Positions 62,347 to 64,000 of a stretch of DNA of 64,000 nt are shown one piece after another. The stretch lies in the NCBI RefSeq assembly GCF_006345805.1, contig NC_043024.1, forward strand, positions 1,426,001 through 1,490,000, read 5' to 3'. The position numbers and the translations under genes were made by a program. The notes beneath the pieces were generated by a model, which was given only the letters and a program-made list of their open reading frames with translations, was not told the origin of the DNA and did not search any database. How positions within the stretch are numbered: position 1 is the first letter of the stretch; every line of letters begins with the position of its first letter. The stretch is from Octopus sinensis (Eukaryota).

Positions 62347-63284
62347 CATATATATATATATATATGCAATGGGCATCTTTCAGGTACAATCTACCAAATC
62401 CACTCACAAGCCTTTGGTCAACCTGAGGTTACAGTAGAAGACACTTGCTCAAGGTTCCACACACTGAGACTGAACCCAGAACTATGTGGTTGAGAAGCAA
62501 GTTTTGTACCACACAGCCACACTTGCACCTATATATATATCATCATCATCATCATCGTTTAACGTCCGCTTTCCATGCTGGCATGGGTTGGATGATTTGA
62601 CTGAGGGCTGGCGAACCTGATGGCTGCACTTGACTCCAATCTGATCTGGCAGAGTTTCTACAGCTGGATGCCCTTCCTAATGCTAACCACTCCGAGAGTG
62701 TAGTGGGTGCTTTTACGTGGTACTGGCATGAGGGCCAGTCAGGTGGTACTGCCAACAGCCATGATCAAATGATGCTTTTTATGTGCCACCTGCACAGGAG
62801 CCAGTCCAGCAGCCCTGGTGACGACCTCGCTCGAATGTTTCACGTGCCACCAGCACAAGTGCCAGTAAGGCGATGCAGGCAACGATCTCGCTTGAATGGT
62901 GCTTTTTACGTGCCATTGGCATGGAGGTCATCTTGTTGATCTGGGAGCGATCTCACTCGGATGGCACTCTTAGCGCTCCACTAGCACAGATACCAGTCCT
63001 CGAATTTGATTTCGATTTCAATTTCATTTGCCTCAACAGGTCTTCACAAGCAGAGTTTAGTGTCCAATAAAGGAAAGGTACGCATAAGTGGGCTGGTTAC
63101 ACCCCCTGGCATAGGCCACATATATATATATATGTATATATATATGTATATATATATTTATATATATATATATTGGCCTGCTCGCTTAGCCAGCGGGGTG
63201 GCGTCATTCGAAGGCCAAAAAACAATGCGAACGCATTGTGACCAGCGATGTGTAACTACATCTGATGGACTGGTCGGTCACGTG

Positions 63285-63318
<34 letters not shown>

Positions 63319-63498
63319 CTCTCTCTCTTTCGGAGAGGCTCTGAGCGCCTACACGCACACATACACACACGGCAGTAACTCCTGCCTACCGAATTCAATC
63401 AGAAAGCTTTGGTTGGCTCGGGGCCATAGCGGAAGACACCTGCCCAAAGTTCCACGCAGTGGGACTGAACCCGAAACCATATGGCTAGGAAGCAGATG

Positions 63499-63529
<31 letters not shown>

Positions 63530-63532
63530 TAT

Positions 63533-63565
<33 letters not shown>

Positions 63566-63618
63566 CCCTTATCTATTATTGATATGATCTCTGTTAAACA
63601 TTGTGCTGTATTTCATCG

Positions 63619-63657
<39 letters not shown>

Positions 63658-63764
63658 TTCTATGCATGCATACACATATGTTTACCTGCACATGCACACA
63701 AACATGCATGCATGTATGCACATACACATATACAGACACCTCAGAAGTAAATACGTTCCTCTTA

Positions 63765-64000
63765 TATGTGTGTATATACGTGTATGTTTGTATATGTATG
63801 TGTATGTGTGTGTATGTGTGTATATATGTGTGTGTATGTATGTATGTGTGTATATGTATGTATGTGTGTATATGTATGTGTATATATGTTTGTATATGTA
63901 TGTGTGTCTGTGTGTATGTTTGTATATGTATGTGTGTGTATGTATGTGTGTATGTTTGTTTATGTGTGTATGTGTGTGTGTATGTTTGTATGTGTGGTAT
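63765..64000. repeat. (TG)/(TATG) microsatellite running off the window
   Basis: Direct reading. Confidence 0.97.

Overview
AT-rich animal genomic DNA dense in microsatellites and SINEs. The SINE families and (TA)n/(CA)n/(TAGA)n content look like a coleoid cephalopod, probably Octopus (inferred from repeat recognition, not from a search). Almost all ORFs in the supplied track are artefacts of microsatellites or SINEs. The one clear gene, invisible in that track as a whole, is a + strand Ser/Thr protein kinase with 12 coding exons (ATG 1170 to TAG 17787). I assembled it by hand from GT-AG junctions that all agree in phase (1290 nt, 429 aa). It resembles the MAP3K8(Cot/Tpl2)/MAP3K14(NIK) group, is non-RD, has an atypical Gly loop and a Cys/His-rich insert after APE, and contains two duplicated micro-exons. 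The rest of the window holds a near-intact Tc1 (DD34E) transposon with a single in-frame stop, Helitron, CR1, RTE and RLE-type LINE fragments, piggyBac-, hAT- and foldback-type MITEs, and at least five SINE families. The most striking non-coding signal is eight type-I hammerhead-ribozyme-like motifs of Penelope/retrozyme style: three have an intact catalytic core and two are framed by perfect inverted repeats. A possible spliced minus-strand transcript lies near 43.5-47.4 kb.
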